A DNA stretch of 64,000 nucleotides, from positions 1 to 64,000 of IMG/VR virus record IMGVR_UViG_3300036768_001501, one strand, 5' to 3'. Each line of letters starts with the position of its first letter. Position 1 is the stretch's first letter. Origin of the DNA: a virus. Of the stretch, positions 1-9,997 are shown piece by piece. The notes under the pieces were generated by a model, which worked only from the letters and a program-made list of their open reading frames with translations, did no database searches and was not told the DNA's origin. Both the position numbers and the translations under genes were made by a program.

Positions 1-117
1 GCTTGTTAATCCCAAGCGCTCGACCAGCTCCTGCTCAAGAAGCTGCACTTGATACGACGGTAACTCACGACCTTCTAGCTTCGAGCATTGAATAATCAAA
101 TCAGAAATATCAGACAT
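1..117 (-). CDS. N-terminal part (runs off window) of a paralog of the 143..610 protein
   Basis: Not in the ORF track. ATG at 117 with GGAGG RBS at 123-127 (minus strand). Translates MSDISDLIIQCSKLEGRELPSYQVQLLEQELVERLGLTS, which aligns with [29 protein letters not shown] of the neighbouring ORF. Confidence 0.8.
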   Translation of the reverse strand, partial: MSDISDLIIQCSKLEGRELPSYQVQLLEQELVERLGLTS

Positions 118-142
118 GGTAACCTCCTGCTCGTGGTTTTCG

Positions 143-610
143 CTAGGCTTCTCTTTTCAAAGCACGCTCTGCTCTTTTTACATCAATACGCCTCTGTAAT
201 TCCTTTACTAACTCGTCTCTAGTTACCCATTTCGCGCGCACCTCGCCATTTGCCCAAGCCCGCAAAACAAGCTTTTCGTAACTTTCTATAAATGCCTGAT
301 CTGCATCCCTCCCAAAGAGGCCATATATGTCACCAACTTCGACAGCCAGCGTTGGGATTTTGTCTGCATAGAATAACATAGCCTTTGCTTCTTCAGGGCG
401 AGGCCATGCATCAGGGATTGCAAACAAGATGTTCTTAAGCGTCAATTCTTTGCCACTGTACGCAACATGCCTACATGCGTGGGCAATGTCATTCAACCCG
501 AGCTGCAATCTGCCGACCAGCTCATCTTCAATCAGCCGAATCTGGTAAGATGGCAGTTCATACCCAGTCATCTTTGCGTACGCCTCGATCAAGCCAGACA
601 CTCTCAACAT
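143..610 (-). CDS. Phage replication-associated protein, possibly helicase loader/inhibitor-like
   Basis: [29 protein letters not shown] resembles a phage family found next to replication genes (recalled, not searched). Overlaps the recA stop. Confidence 0.45.
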   Translation of the reverse strand: MLRVSGLIEAYAKMTGYELPSYQIRLIEDELVGRLQLGLNDIAHACRHVAYSGKELTLKNILFAIPDAWPRPEEAKAMLFYADKIPTLAVEVGDIYGLFGRDADQAFIESYEKLVLRAWANGEVRAKWVTRDELVKELQRRIDVKRAERALKREA

Positions 611-1632
611 AGTTCATTCTCCTCCTGTACTGCATTAAAAATGCCAGTAGAGCCAACTACACTACGAGCCAGCTCGATAAACTCTGGCTCATGATCCATT
701 ACGAACCGAATAGCCTCTTCACGCCCCTGCCCAATTTGCTTGTCTTGATACGAATACCATGAACCAGATTTCTTGATAGCGCCAGAGTTCACAAGCAAAT
801 CGAGCAGCTCACCGCCCCTGTAGATGCCACGTCCGTAGATAATGTCAAACTCGGCTTCAAGAAATGGCGGAGCTACCTTGTTCTTTACAACTTTTACCTT
901 AGTGCGTGCGCCGACCTGCTTCTCGCCCTGCTTGATCGGCGCAACGCGCTTGACCTCAAGTCGCACTGAAGCATAGAACTTGAGGGCGTTGCCACCTGTC
1001 GTTGTCTCCGGATTGCCGTAGAAGACGCCAATCTTCATTCTCGTCTGATTGATAAATACCAGCACTGTCTTCGACTTTGAAACAATCGAAGTGAGCTTGC
1101 GTAGCGCCTGGGACATGAGCCTTGCCTGGAGACCGACCTGCGGCTCGCCCATTTCTCCTTCTACCTCAGCCTTGGGCACCAGCGCAGCAACCGAATCGAC
1201 TACAATCATATCGACAGCGCCGCTACGCACCAAAGCCTCGGCAATTTCCAATGCTTGCTCGCCGTAGTCAGGCTGCGAAACAAGCAAATCCCTGGTGTTC
1301 ACGCCAAGGCGAGAGGCGTACTGAACATCAAGCGCATGCTCAGCATCGATAAACGCAGCAACGCCACCAAGTTTCTGCGTTTCGGCGATCATATGCAATG
1401 CCAGCGTAGTCTTTCCTGACGCCTCCTGCCCATAAATCTCGATCACCCGACCGCGCGGCACCCCTCCCACCCCTAGTGCCTTATCTAATCCAATAGAGCC
1501 AGTAGGAATCACTTCAATGCCGCGCTGATCGGCTTTGCTACCAAGGCGCATAACTGCGCCCTTGCCGAAGCTCTTTTCGATCTGCTTAATCGCAGAATCC
1601 AGCACGCTTTCTCTATCTTTGTTTTCTGCCAC
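604..1632 (-). CDS. recA: RecA recombinase
   Basis: [27 protein letters not shown] (Walker A), [42 protein letters not shown]. Confidence 0.99.
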   Translation of the reverse strand: MAENKDRESVLDSAIKQIEKSFGKGAVMRLGSKADQRGIEVIPTGSIGLDKALGVGGVPRGRVIEIYGQEASGKTTLALHMIAETQKLGGVAAFIDAEHALDVQYASRLGVNTRDLLVSQPDYGEQALEIAEALVRSGAVDMIVVDSVAALVPKAEVEGEMGEPQVGLQARLMSQALRKLTSIVSKSKTVLVFINQTRMKIGVFYGNPETTTGGNALKFYASVRLEVKRVAPIKQGEKQVGARTKVKVVKNKVAPPFLEAEFDIIYGRGIYRGGELLDLLVNSGAIKKSGSWYSYQDKQIGQGREEAIRFVMDHEPEFIELARSVVGSTGIFNAVQEENELC

Positions 1633-1852
1633 TTTTGACTCCTTTGATTGCTTGAGAGCTCACACAAACATCTTCCGTCCTGTGACACGCATCGCGCACG
1701 CCGGACAATGTATTGACAACACGCTCAAGGGCAACTGTGCCATCGATTTCGCAGCGCAGCTCGCGGCTTTGGTGAAGCGCAAAGTAGGCGCCAGAGAAAA
1801 AGCCACAAGCAATCGCAGCAACGAAAAGTGATAGAAACACTATCTTGCCCAC
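1613..1852 (-). CDS. Small membrane-anchored hypothetical protein
   Basis: 79 aa with an N-terminal hydrophobic helix. Fits the operon between the clamp-like gene and recA. Confidence 0.6.
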   Translation of the reverse strand: MGKIVFLSLFVAAIACGFFSGAYFALHQSRELRCEIDGTVALERVVNTLSGVRDACHRTEDVCVSSQAIKGVKSGRKQR

Positions 1853-1862
1853 GTTAATACCC

Positions 1863-3164
1863 TCAGCATCGACTCCAATCTGGGTTGATTGGAGAAATCA
1901 GCGACCGGTACTCACCGAGCTCATCTTTGTGCTTGATAAGGTACGGATTCACTGGCAACTCTTCATCAGCCTTGAACAGAATTGCGCACTCGTTGCCACG
2001 AACCAGCGAAAGAGCATCAGCCGTCATTCTCGCATTCATGCCGACATTAAACTCGCGCTGGTTCTGCTTGATAGTCTCAATCTCATCTTCGGCAATCATA
2101 CCATTGTAATCTAAAAGCAGGCGAATGCGATTCGAGTTCTGCAAGCAATAGAAATCGACCGGAATCACATCCTTCTTTTTCCCATGTCGCGCAGCTTTAT
2201 TAAAAAACGCCAGCGCCTTCTGAACGGCTTTCTTGTCCAGGCGAACAGGAACATGGTCACGCGCGTACAGCACCCAATTGAGGGAGTTATTGTAATTGAT
2301 CCACGGTTCGTCCGGAAATGCAATATACATAACAAGCCTGTTTTCTGTATCAGCTAATTGGACACAAGAATACTGCAGGTCATTACTATACTTGACGACG
2401 CCCCTGGATACTCGAACCTTCGGTGGGACAGGTCCTTGTGGCTTTTTAGTAAGAACGGAAAACGCATGCATCATAATGTTTGCTGCATATGGAGCAAGAA
2501 CAACGCTCTTGTCTTGCGGAGCCATTTTCTTGCTACACATGCCCATGTCGGCAAAGTGAATGCGCTTGCCATCGGTGCCAACTACACGAAAACAGCCATG
2601 CCCATGAAATTCCCAGAGCATGCGCCCACGCACCGTGCTTGGGTCAGGACCAACTGCTGGCAGGACAAACTCGAACGCCCGCTCAAGCTCACTTACGCCC
2701 AGCTCATCAAGAAATTTGAGGTCCGAAACCTTGCGGTGCTCAGTAATAACAATGTTTTCTGACAAATCCTGCCCCAAAAGCATTCTGACAACGCGCTCAC
2801 CTTGCGGCTCCAAATGAAATCTCGTGCCGTCAGCCAAAATCTGAGCACCGCCATTGGGCAAAATCTCAAAAGCAATTGTGCCACTTGGTTTTGCTCTAGA
2901 TACAGCGTTTACGAACTCGCTAATAAGAAAATACGCACTCTTGCGTTCGTGAAGATTACTTACTTCACTGGACGGCTTCAGTGCAAACCGCACATGAAAC
3001 ATCGCGTGCGGGTTAACGTAATCCAGGTCGCAGACAAACAAGACGCGACCATCCTCTAGATAGCAAACCCCTCCGAATAGAGACCTCTTGCGGGCGACTG
3101 TCTGCATAGCTTTAAACGCGCTGGCAACAGCTTTCAGTTCCTTTGAATCGAATTCAGTCATCAT
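1863..3164 (-). CDS. Divergent DNA polymerase III beta sliding clamp-like protein
   Basis: VVGTDGKRIHF matches the clamp VATDGHRL motif. C-terminal FNVGMNARMTADAL..YRSLISPI matches IGFNxxYLLDAL..LxMP. AGGAGG RBS. Confidence 0.75.
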   Translation of the reverse strand: MMTEFDSKELKAVASAFKAMQTVARKRSLFGGVCYLEDGRVLFVCDLDYVNPHAMFHVRFALKPSSEVSNLHERKSAYFLISEFVNAVSRAKPSGTIAFEILPNGGAQILADGTRFHLEPQGERVVRMLLGQDLSENIVITEHRKVSDLKFLDELGVSELERAFEFVLPAVGPDPSTVRGRMLWEFHGHGCFRVVGTDGKRIHFADMGMCSKKMAPQDKSVVLAPYAANIMMHAFSVLTKKPQGPVPPKVRVSRGVVKYSNDLQYSCVQLADTENRLVMYIAFPDEPWINYNNSLNWVLYARDHVPVRLDKKAVQKALAFFNKAARHGKKKDVIPVDFYCLQNSNRIRLLLDYNGMIAEDEIETIKQNQREFNVGMNARMTADALSLVRGNECAILFKADEELPVNPYLIKHKDELGEYRSLISPINPDWSRC

Positions 3165-3189
3165 AAACTCGCCTCCTATGTATGGGCAT

Positions 3190-3218
3190 ACATTATATCA
3201 TGCCGGCGCCATAGTCAA
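3190..3218 (-). promoter_or_regulatory. Sigma70-type promoter for the clamp-recA operon
   Basis: Minus strand TTGACT (3213-3218) and extended -10 TGaTATAAT (3192-3200), upstream of the RBS and ATG at 3164. Confidence 0.7.
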
Positions 3219-3239
3219 CGCATATAATATACTATCTAG

Positions 3240-3500
3240 TTAGAGTCGATGCCGCTGCCTGAGCCCGTATTTCACTTCCGGCACAACGGCCTGTTTCCTG
3301 GCAAAGCGATAGGCAGCCTGGCGCACAAGCCTATAATTCACGCCAATAATTTCACAGATTTCTCGACAGTGGTCGCTATCAATCCACTGGATAGCGCCTG
3401 TTCCAATTCCGCCACCACAAGAGGCATCGCGCAACGCTTGCAAAACCACCCCACGCCACAAACTTATCAACGCCTGACGATCAATTCTTTCGTTTAGCAT
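3240..3500 (-). CDS. Small phage protein of the LWxxVxxQAxxD type
   Basis: LWRGVVLQALRDA..AIQWI..ICEIIGVNY is a pattern recalled from small phage proteins of unknown function. Confidence 0.65.
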   Translation of the reverse strand: MLNERIDRQALISLWRGVVLQALRDASCGGGIGTGAIQWIDSDHCREICEIIGVNYRLVRQAAYRFARKQAVVPEVKYGLRQRHRL

Positions 3501-4260
3501 TGCTCTTCTTTGCTCCTTTAGATTTTTGCTTAGCTAATTCTCTGAGCATCTTACTTTCCGTCTTGTGGTCGTCTGTTGCTGCACGCAGTGTACCATCTTC
3601 ACACACAAGAGCCCATTCTGGAGCAAAAGGGTAAGGGATAAGACCATGCTGCGTATTGGCTGGACGTGCGAGAACAACAAGACCATCAGCCTTCTCTCCT
3701 GTATCATGTTTACGGAACGACACAACAACCATATTGACCCGCAAAGATATGGAATAAAACGGCTCCAATTTGCCGAGCTTAGCAAGAGCAACAATCTTAT
3801 CTAACGCATCAACGTTCGGAACAGAGCTCTGCGGACAAAACTCAGGCATCTCGATGCGCTCGCTGAGCTTAGGGATTCCCAGCCCACGAGCAAGCGTCAA
3901 ACTTGACTTGCCGATCGTCAGTGTGCCATCATTCATAATGCAAACATCAGCATGCTGGCTCTTGAGGCTTCTTGCCACCCTAGAGAACTTATTGGCATCA
4001 ATTGAGCGTACAAGCGGCGCGCCATTGCCAATAGGACCAGCGCCAGAAGAACTTAAGCGTACAATGCACGCGGCGTTACGCCCCCAGGTTGAGAGCGTGA
4101 TGCCGGCACTGCCTTGCTCGAACCAAACCTTGCTTGCCCAGTCACGCTTGTTATCTTTCTCTAGGAAAAGCAGGAGCGCTTTGAGATAGATAACTGGGAA
4201 CTTTTCGCATTTAAGGACAACTTTATCCACATGGGCTACTTTGTGTTTTACATTCGGCAT
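3481..4260 (-). CDS. Hypothetical protein, possibly a degenerate beta-clamp-like fold
   Basis: ALLLFLEKDNKRDWASKVWFE..ITLSTWG resembles the clamp middle-domain start, and LRAATDDHK resembles ATDGHR. Weak similarity. Confidence 0.5.
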   Translation of the reverse strand: MPNVKHKVAHVDKVVLKCEKFPVIYLKALLLFLEKDNKRDWASKVWFEQGSAGITLSTWGRNAACIVRLSSSGAGPIGNGAPLVRSIDANKFSRVARSLKSQHADVCIMNDGTLTIGKSSLTLARGLGIPKLSERIEMPEFCPQSSVPNVDALDKIVALAKLGKLEPFYSISLRVNMVVVSFRKHDTGEKADGLVVLARPANTQHGLIPYPFAPEWALVCEDGTLRAATDDHKTESKMLRELAKQKSKGAKKSNAKRKN

Positions 4261-4268
4261 ACGCGCAA

Positions 4269-4297
4269 AAACTAACGATCATACCCGATCGGTTCAA
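4269..4297 (-). promoter_or_regulatory. Sigma70-type promoter giving a near-leaderless mRNA
   Basis: TTGAAC (4292-4297), 17-nt spacer, TAGTTT (4269-4274). ATG at 4260 has no RBS. Confidence 0.5.
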
Positions 4298-4365
4298 GGG
4301 CAAATGGCACTTTCGGGCAAGCATTGTGCTATCCTGTTTAGGCTTCTTGGCAAGGAGGAAATGCG

Positions 4366-4623
4366 ATGAATAGCCAGGCGACAAACAGCCAGGATCGACA
4401 ATGGATGCACGACCTAATCAAAGAATTCATCAAAGAAATCCAGCAGTACGGAGGACCAACATATCAGCAAGTTACACAAGCGCAGTACGTATACAACAAG
4501 TTCCTTGCCTCACCGGACTACAGCGAGGCTGGCATTTGGCGCATTGCGAGAGCAGTTGCAATTTTATCATTTAGACCTATGGGTATTACTTATGACGGAA
4601 AACACTACCATCAAATCTTCTGA
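4366..4623 (+). CDS. Hypothetical protein
   Basis: AAGGAGG RBS before ATG, and TGcTATCCT extended -10 at about 4328-4336. Confidence 0.75.
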   Translation: MNSQATNSQDRQWMHDLIKEFIKEIQQYGGPTYQQVTQAQYVYNKFLASPDYSEAGIWRIARAVAILSFRPMGITYDGKHYHQIF

Positions 4624-4945
4624 CTTAAGAAAGGCATTTCGGTTCCTAAAAACCATCTTTGGCAGTACGGAAACGCCGAAAGGCGAAAAGCGCAATGTTC
4701 TGCCCGTAGAGAGGAACGTACTGGCAATCGCTCAGCGCAAAATACTTACAGCCATCGGCAAAGCACGCAGTGACGGGCTGAACGTACCGTACTACTATGA
4801 GCTGAAACCGACAAGAAGGGTCAATAACATTATCTGGGACGGGCTATCTATCTACTACAACCCTGACTATGTGACGATCATGCAGCAGGGGACAGTCGAT
4901 GCCGCTGTCAAAGCAGCAATAAGAAAAGAGCAGCAAGCTGAGTGA
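4592..4945 (+). CDS. Hypothetical protein (likely start ATG 4592)
   Basis: Overlaps the upstream gene. Contains WDGLSIYYNPDYV, reminiscent of the DUF2201 N-terminal motif but without HEXXH. Confidence 0.6.
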   Translation: MTENTTIKSSDLRKAFRFLKTIFGSTETPKGEKRNVLPVERNVLAIAQRKILTAIGKARSDGLNVPYYYELKPTRRVNNIIWDGLSIYYNPDYVTIMQQGTVDAAVKAAIRKEQQAE

Positions 4946-5109
4946 GGGCTTCTCGCACTGTCTTTGTGGGAGTGAATCGACAACCAACGAAAGGAGGCAG
5001 GGTTGTGTTGCCTACGACGTTTCCCAGCTTGCTGCTCTGTGCCCAAGAATACCATTTTCTGCAGTGAAGTCAACAGCGCAATCGCAAAATGCAAACTTAC
5101 TAGTTATCG

Positions 5110-5589
5110 CTAATCCTTTGGTCTTCGCCCTCGCACTGACCTTACGTACCATGATGGGCTTACGGTGGACGCAAGTTTGTTCCAGAAGTCGAAGCAAACC
5201 GGCTGAAACCCAATCTGCTTCGATAATTCCACTGATGCCAGATAGCGCCGCTTGCGCTCTGGGATAGACGCCGGAATCTTATCCAATTCTTGCCGATAGC
5301 GCTTTTCTAGATTCAAAAGCCGCCTTCTGAACATTTCGCACGGGACATCTAGGGCAAATGCCATAGCGTCACCAATCCAGGAATCGATAATTTCGTTAAT
5401 ATCTTCGCGCGAAAGTAACCCGAACATGACATCTTCGATCAGCGAATAAGCCATCGCGGTCCATAGACCTGGGATGCCACGAAAGTAAACCCGCTCTTGG
5501 TTAAAAAAAGAGCCGCCCGTGGCTTTTTTCTTGCCACGAGCGGCTCCCGCTAAGCTACTGACACCTCCAACAGGTAGCCTAGCAAGCAT
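5110..5589 (-). CDS. Hypothetical protein (true start probably downstream of about 5500)
   Basis: GLWTAMAYSLIEDV..IIDSWI resembles ORF 3240..3500. The 5' part overlaps a terminator-like hairpin. Confidence 0.55.
   Translation of the reverse strand: MLARLPVGGVSSLAGAARGKKKATGGSFFNQERVYFRGIPGLWTAMAYSLIEDVMFGLLSREDINEIIDSWIGDAMAFALDVPCEMFRRRLLNLEKRYRQELDKIPASIPERKRRYLASVELSKQIGFQPVCFDFWNKLASTVSPSWYVRSVRGRRPKD
5503..5529 (-). terminator. Intrinsic terminator after the SSB gene, potentially bidirectional
   Basis: Plus strand AAAAAAAGAGCC-gcccgt-GGCTTTTTT: a short stem flanked by A and T tracts. Confidence 0.55.
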
Positions 5590-6380
5590 TAAAACCAGTT
5601 CGTTCCGCCAGTGTCCTCCCCGGCTTGCAAATGACCCTTTGGCGCAAAACCGTCATCTTTCTGCGACTCAAGCGTAGCAGCCAGATCGATAGAATCAAGC
5701 GTCTGGCGCTTGAATGCCTCGTTCAAGATTGACTCAACGGACTGAATGCTCCTAAGGAACGTCAGCGGATGCGGCACAGCTAGCTTGGTTTTCTCCGGCT
5801 GAGCCATGAGACGCCAGCGGTCGTACCTGTTCGCCGGTCGCACCATAGATATATGGCGTCCAGTGAATGGGTGAGTAATATCACCAACGCCAAACTGACC
5901 GGTCATCATGGTCAGAATATCGTCAAAGATGCGCCTGGAGATTAGCATGATGCGTACTTCTGGCGTACCAGATTCGTTTGTAATGACCTTGCCAACCTGC
6001 CCAGATGCGCGGGTAATTACATAGGCGTTCACTGCCATGCGCCGATCGATGCGCACGCCAGCAGTACACAACTGGCAGTCACGCGCTACGGACTGGTCAA
6101 CCCAGTCAGGCAATGCCCTCGTACACAATGCCCGGCGGCGAAATCCAGTCGTCGTAGTGTACCAATGCATATTGGCGTGCACGAACGGGCACGGAGCCTC
6201 CTCTTCGTAGTTGCGAATCTCAGTGCCGTCAGGAGCAAAGAAATCGGCAACTACAGGATTGGGCAGAAACCGAACAACGATCGTTTCCCCTGGCTTTGCA
6301 ATTGCATCCTTCCCGGACAACTGCCATTCAGGAAAGACATAATTGCCACTACCCTGTTGAACCTTATCGTACCATGCCAT
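5589..6380 (-). CDS. T4 gp32-like single-stranded DNA-binding protein
   Basis: VVRFLP, H..C..CQLC zinc site, AVNAYV, IFDDI, GDITHPFTG, acidic and aromatic C-terminus. AAGGAGG RBS. Confidence 0.8.
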   Translation of the reverse strand: MAWYDKVQQGSGNYVFPEWQLSGKDAIAKPGETIVVRFLPNPVVADFFAPDGTEIRNYEEEAPCPFVHANMHWYTTTTGFRRRALCTRALPDWVDQSVARDCQLCTAGVRIDRRMAVNAYVITRASGQVGKVITNESGTPEVRIMLISRRIFDDILTMMTGQFGVGDITHPFTGRHISMVRPANRYDRWRLMAQPEKTKLAVPHPLTFLRSIQSVESILNEAFKRQTLDSIDLAATLESQKDDGFAPKGHLQAGEDTGGTNWF

Positions 6381-6434
6381 AGCGACCTCCTTGGTGTGAA
6401 CTTAGACTCGCGATTTGAGATTGCAAGAGAAGAT

Positions 6435-6626
6435 TTAGCTTAAATTAATAGTCTGAATCCCATAGACCCTGCCAAAACCGACAACAATATCGCCAGCGCG
6501 AATCGAGCTTGCCGTAACGGTGCTCTTTTCGTTGCTACAGCGGTCATTGAAGACATCCAGCTTATCTGCTGGGTCCAGCAAGATTGCACGATCATTCTTT
6601 CCAATCACTAGAATTCGCCTTTTCAT
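6435..6626 (-). CDS. Hypothetical protein
   Basis: 63 aa with AGGAG RBS, coupled within the minus-strand operon. Confidence 0.6.
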   Translation of the reverse strand: MKRRILVIGKNDRAILLDPADKLDVFNDRCSNEKSTVTASSIRAGDIVVGFGRVYGIQTINLS

Positions 6627-7041
6627 CTGACGCTCCTACTATTTCTTTATGATGCTTGAGAATCATGTCAGCAATCTGATCATTGCCAACAATCCGACTG
6701 GCTTTTGCAACATCGATTGCGACATCTAAGATTACTTTTCCGTCGCGCTCGAAAACTTTGTGAAACTCGTCATGCATAATATCGAATACTAAATCTCTAT
6801 TAGTAGACGAAACGGTCGAGTACAAAACAGCAAACCCAGTCAGCCTATTAATCTTCTTATTTAACTTCTGAAGCCTATCCCACCTCTCCGCAACAATACG
6901 CGGGCTTGGCTGTCCTGCCGATGGTAGCAGCTCATCAATAACAGCCCTAATGCCAAGCCACAAAAACGCCATGTGGTAGCATGTATTACATTGAACCGTC
7001 ATTGCGCATATTCTCCGGTTGCCCAATACGCCTTCGTGCAC
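6592..7041 (-). CDS. Hypothetical protein
   Basis: Overlapping member of the minus-strand operon. Start uncertain. Confidence 0.6.
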   Translation of the reverse strand: MHEGVLGNRRICAMTVQCNTCYHMAFLWLGIRAVIDELLPSAGQPSPRIVAERWDRLQKLNKKINRLTGFAVLYSTVSSTNRDLVFDIMHDEFHKVFERDGKVILDVAIDVAKASRIVGNDQIADMILKHHKEIVGASDEKANSSDWKE

Positions 7042-7793
7042 CCTGGGTCCATAGACTTCCTGACAGCAGCAATCGCTACATTCTCAGGAAACTCTACTCT
7101 CGTCTTGCTCAACCTAGTCACATCTTCAACCTTAGGTGTTTCACTGAGATTATACTGAGGGTCAAATTTGAAGAAGTACAGCACGCGCTTACGCACGCCA
7201 ATGTCATAAGCAGCATCTTCATCGATCGAAATCAACAATACACGCCCTTGCCCATGCTTCATACTTGGGTCGTGGCGCACCTGAACGGCAAGGGCGACCT
7301 CTACCCAGAAAAATGCGTGCGGACCGAACGGTCTCAGGTTGTAGTGATATGAGCGTAGCTTTTCTTGTCGCAAGCCGCAAATAACAGTTGCGATACCGCC
7401 GTCCTTGCGATTATTGAACCCGCCACTTTCATACAACGGGATATTGATCGACGCAATATCATCATAATCGATGCCATTATTGGCACACCACTGGTTCAGC
7501 TCATCCAAATACTGAATCAACTCCGCGCTAGCAGTGCCATGCACGACCTTACGAATAGCCGGAATGCCGATAATAACGCCGTTGCCCTGGCAACGAACGC
7601 ACTTCCTACCAAGGAACTTTCCCTCTCCACCACACACACCGCATTTGAGCGGCTGTCCGCCGTCAAGCTTGCATACAACCTTGCGGAAGTTCAAGCTTTC
7701 TGGCGGTAGCGGCATCCCGTCCTGCACTACGATCTGCAGCGATACCTCATCAAAATGATTACTTTTATTTTTCATAAAACCTCCTAAATGCAC
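6999..7793 (-). CDS. Hypothetical protein with DnaJ-type CxxCxGxG zinc finger
   Basis: CGVCGGEG..CVRCQGNG. Likely start at MKNKSN (7775) after AGGAGG. Confidence 0.7.
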   Translation of the reverse strand: MHLGGFMKNKSNHFDEVSLQIVVQDGMPLPPESLNFRKVVCKLDGGQPLKCGVCGGEGKFLGRKCVRCQGNGVIIGIPAIRKVVHGTASAELIQYLDELNQWCANNGIDYDDIASINIPLYESGGFNNRKDGGIATVICGLRQEKLRSYHYNLRPFGPHAFFWVEVALAVQVRHDPSMKHGQGRVLLISIDEDAAYDIGVRKRVLYFFKFDPQYNLSETPKVEDVTRLSKTRVEFPENVAIAAVRKSMDPGCTKAYWATGEYAQ

Positions 7794-9082
7794 TCCATAG
7801 TAATGCCATCATACGATGGCTTGTAGTAGCCAACATCGATCTCGTCTTCAAAACGCCGACCGGCAATGATACGCAATTTGTAGTGATTGCCAACTTGCTT
7901 GCGCTCTTCTTCTGGCAGTGGGCAAATGGCAATCGCAGCATCGACTACAGCAATGACTTCGTAGGACTCTGATATATCAGTCTTTGAGATATGCGCTGGG
8001 TCCTTCAGGGCTTCGCGCCTAAGTAGATGAGCGCTAATTACACCAGTCTTGGTTAACTTAGCCAAGCGTACGCAATCACGCGCAATCTCAGCCAACTCAT
8101 GGCGCTTTTCGCTCTTCTTGTTCGTTGGCTGCATAAATATCATGTAGTCTAAGAATATCACGTCTGGAGCAAATCCTTGCGCTGTGAGTTTCTTTACGAG
8201 CCTATACACATTGCTAATGCTTGTTCCAGGCGGCTCATAAGCAAGATAGAGCCGCTTGTCAAGCCCAAGATATTGCACAACATCTCGCCTATCGCCATTG
8301 CCTTGGTAGCCGTTTGCAATTGCAATCGTACGAAGCGTATTAGCAAAACGATCACGCATTGATTCGATTGTCATCTCGAAAGACACGAACAGGACACGAG
8401 ATTCTGTATTATTAATGAGAACACCAGCAGCCGACGTTACTAAGAATGATGTTTTTCGACCCTTGGGAGCGCCAAGAAACAGGAAAAACTCGCCCTTTTT
8501 GATGCCGCTGATATGCTGGTCCAAATCGCGCAAGCCTAACGGATAAGCGATGTTCGTATTTGGCGGATCGTCTGGTAGACACTCGATAAAATCACCACGA
8601 GCACTGCGATCTACGGAATCTATCTTAGAATGAACTTCGTCTAGGACAGTTCTGACTTTTTCAATCTTGTTCTTACCAGGCGCACTGACTGTCGTGTACG
8701 CCTCGCGAATTGCGTTATAGGCAACCCAGTCCCGAATGAAGTTCGCAAATTCCTCTGCAATTGTATCGAACGCTGAAGCATCAATTGATTCGATTTCATC
8801 TATCTCGCGCAGTACGTCAGATTGACGAAAGGCGTCCGTGTCTGGCGGCTCTGACTCTATGTGGGCACGGACAATATCGAACCCAGGAACTTCGTTCCTG
8901 TCTGTATAGTACTGGACAATCTCCGCAATGTATGCGTGAATATCTACTTGCGGATGCCCGAAATAAGATGCCATGAATCTTAGATTGTGTGCTTCTAGTG
9001 CATTTGTAGAAATTGCAGTCTTGAGAACGATGCGCCGAATACGTGGATCATCAAGAAACTTATTACCAAATGCACTGCCCAC
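7784..9082 (-). CDS. DnaB/gp41-like replicative helicase
   Basis: GLRDLD, Walker A-like GAPKGRKTS, VLFVSFEMT, VIFLDYM (Walker B), DISES. Confidence 0.88.
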   Translation of the reverse strand: MGSAFGNKFLDDPRIRRIVLKTAISTNALEAHNLRFMASYFGHPQVDIHAYIAEIVQYYTDRNEVPGFDIVRAHIESEPPDTDAFRQSDVLREIDEIESIDASAFDTIAEEFANFIRDWVAYNAIREAYTTVSAPGKNKIEKVRTVLDEVHSKIDSVDRSARGDFIECLPDDPPNTNIAYPLGLRDLDQHISGIKKGEFFLFLGAPKGRKTSFLVTSAAGVLINNTESRVLFVSFEMTIESMRDRFANTLRTIAIANGYQGNGDRRDVVQYLGLDKRLYLAYEPPGTSISNVYRLVKKLTAQGFAPDVIFLDYMIFMQPTNKKSEKRHELAEIARDCVRLAKLTKTGVISAHLLRREALKDPAHISKTDISESYEVIAVVDAAIAICPLPEEERKQVGNHYKLRIIAGRRFEDEIDVGYYKPSYDGITMECI

Positions 9083-9109
9083 AACAGCCTCCGCAGATAC
9101 GTATAAAAC

Positions 9110-9997
9110 TTACAGAACCTTAAGCGTTCCGCCAGATGCTGCGTCCTTTGCGCCGACCCAGGTACCAATCCTGACGACGGGCAAGAATCTTATCAGTTCG
9201 TTTGCAAGCATTGCCGACTTGCCTTCCGCATCGGCATCAAGAGCCACGATTACTGTTCTTGGCTTAAGCCTAACAATCATAGACCTTTGGATTTGCGTCA
9301 TTGCAGAGCCAAGTAGCGCTACGGCTGGAATTCTTTCTGACTCCATCAGCGTGACTGCATCTTGCGCGCTCTCTACAATAGCAAGTTGTTCAAGGTTTCT
9401 GGGCAAAAAGTCGTGACCAAAAAGGCATTCGCCTTTCGAGTGAGACGACTCCGCCCTTGACGCCGCCATGTAGCCGCCTTCACTCAACCTGACTGTATAA
9501 AAACATGGCAGAAACCGGTACGTCACCGGAATCAGAATACCATTCCCGAAAACCAAATCAGCCCAGCAGAAACCAAAACGTTTCAGCCATTCTAGCTTGA
9601 CCTTAGACCAGGTCGGCGGCAAGTCTCCTTCACGCAACGGTCGAATCGAGCCATTGATACGGATAAACGGCTTCTTGTTCGGCAACTCCAATTGCCGCTC
9701 GCTCAGCGGCAGCATGGTCGGAGCGCCGAAAATGGCTGTCATAATGTTGGCAGCCGTCTGCCTTGTAATAATTCCCTTTGTAATTAGCGCGTCCAGCCAT
9801 TCTTTGATTGGTCTGCCTGTCCCCAGATCGCATTTCGCCCTGAAACAGCCAGCGCGCCGGCTAGACACGCTAATATAACCGCGCCCCTTCTTGTCGCCGC
9901 AAGCTGGGCAGTCGAATACTAAAACGCCGTTTTCAAACCCACGACCACCACCAAAGTTCAACACCCTAAACGGCAATACTTTGACGAGCTCAAGCAT
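9110..9997 (-). CDS. DnaG-type (TOPRIM) primase
   Basis: Zinc finger CPAC..CFRAKC, TOPRIM IVESAQDA, VALLGS, ALDADAEG, KDA. Start taken at ATG 9997 because the longer ORF overlaps the divergent gene. Confidence 0.88.
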   Translation of the reverse strand: MLELVKVLPFRVLNFGGGRGFENGVLVFDCPACGDKKGRGYISVSSRRAGCFRAKCDLGTGRPIKEWLDALITKGIITRQTAANIMTAIFGAPTMLPLSERQLELPNKKPFIRINGSIRPLREGDLPPTWSKVKLEWLKRFGFCWADLVFGNGILIPVTYRFLPCFYTVRLSEGGYMAASRAESSHSKGECLFGHDFLPRNLEQLAIVESAQDAVTLMESERIPAVALLGSAMTQIQRSMIVRLKPRTVIVALDADAEGKSAMLANELIRFLPVVRIGTWVGAKDAASGGTLKVL

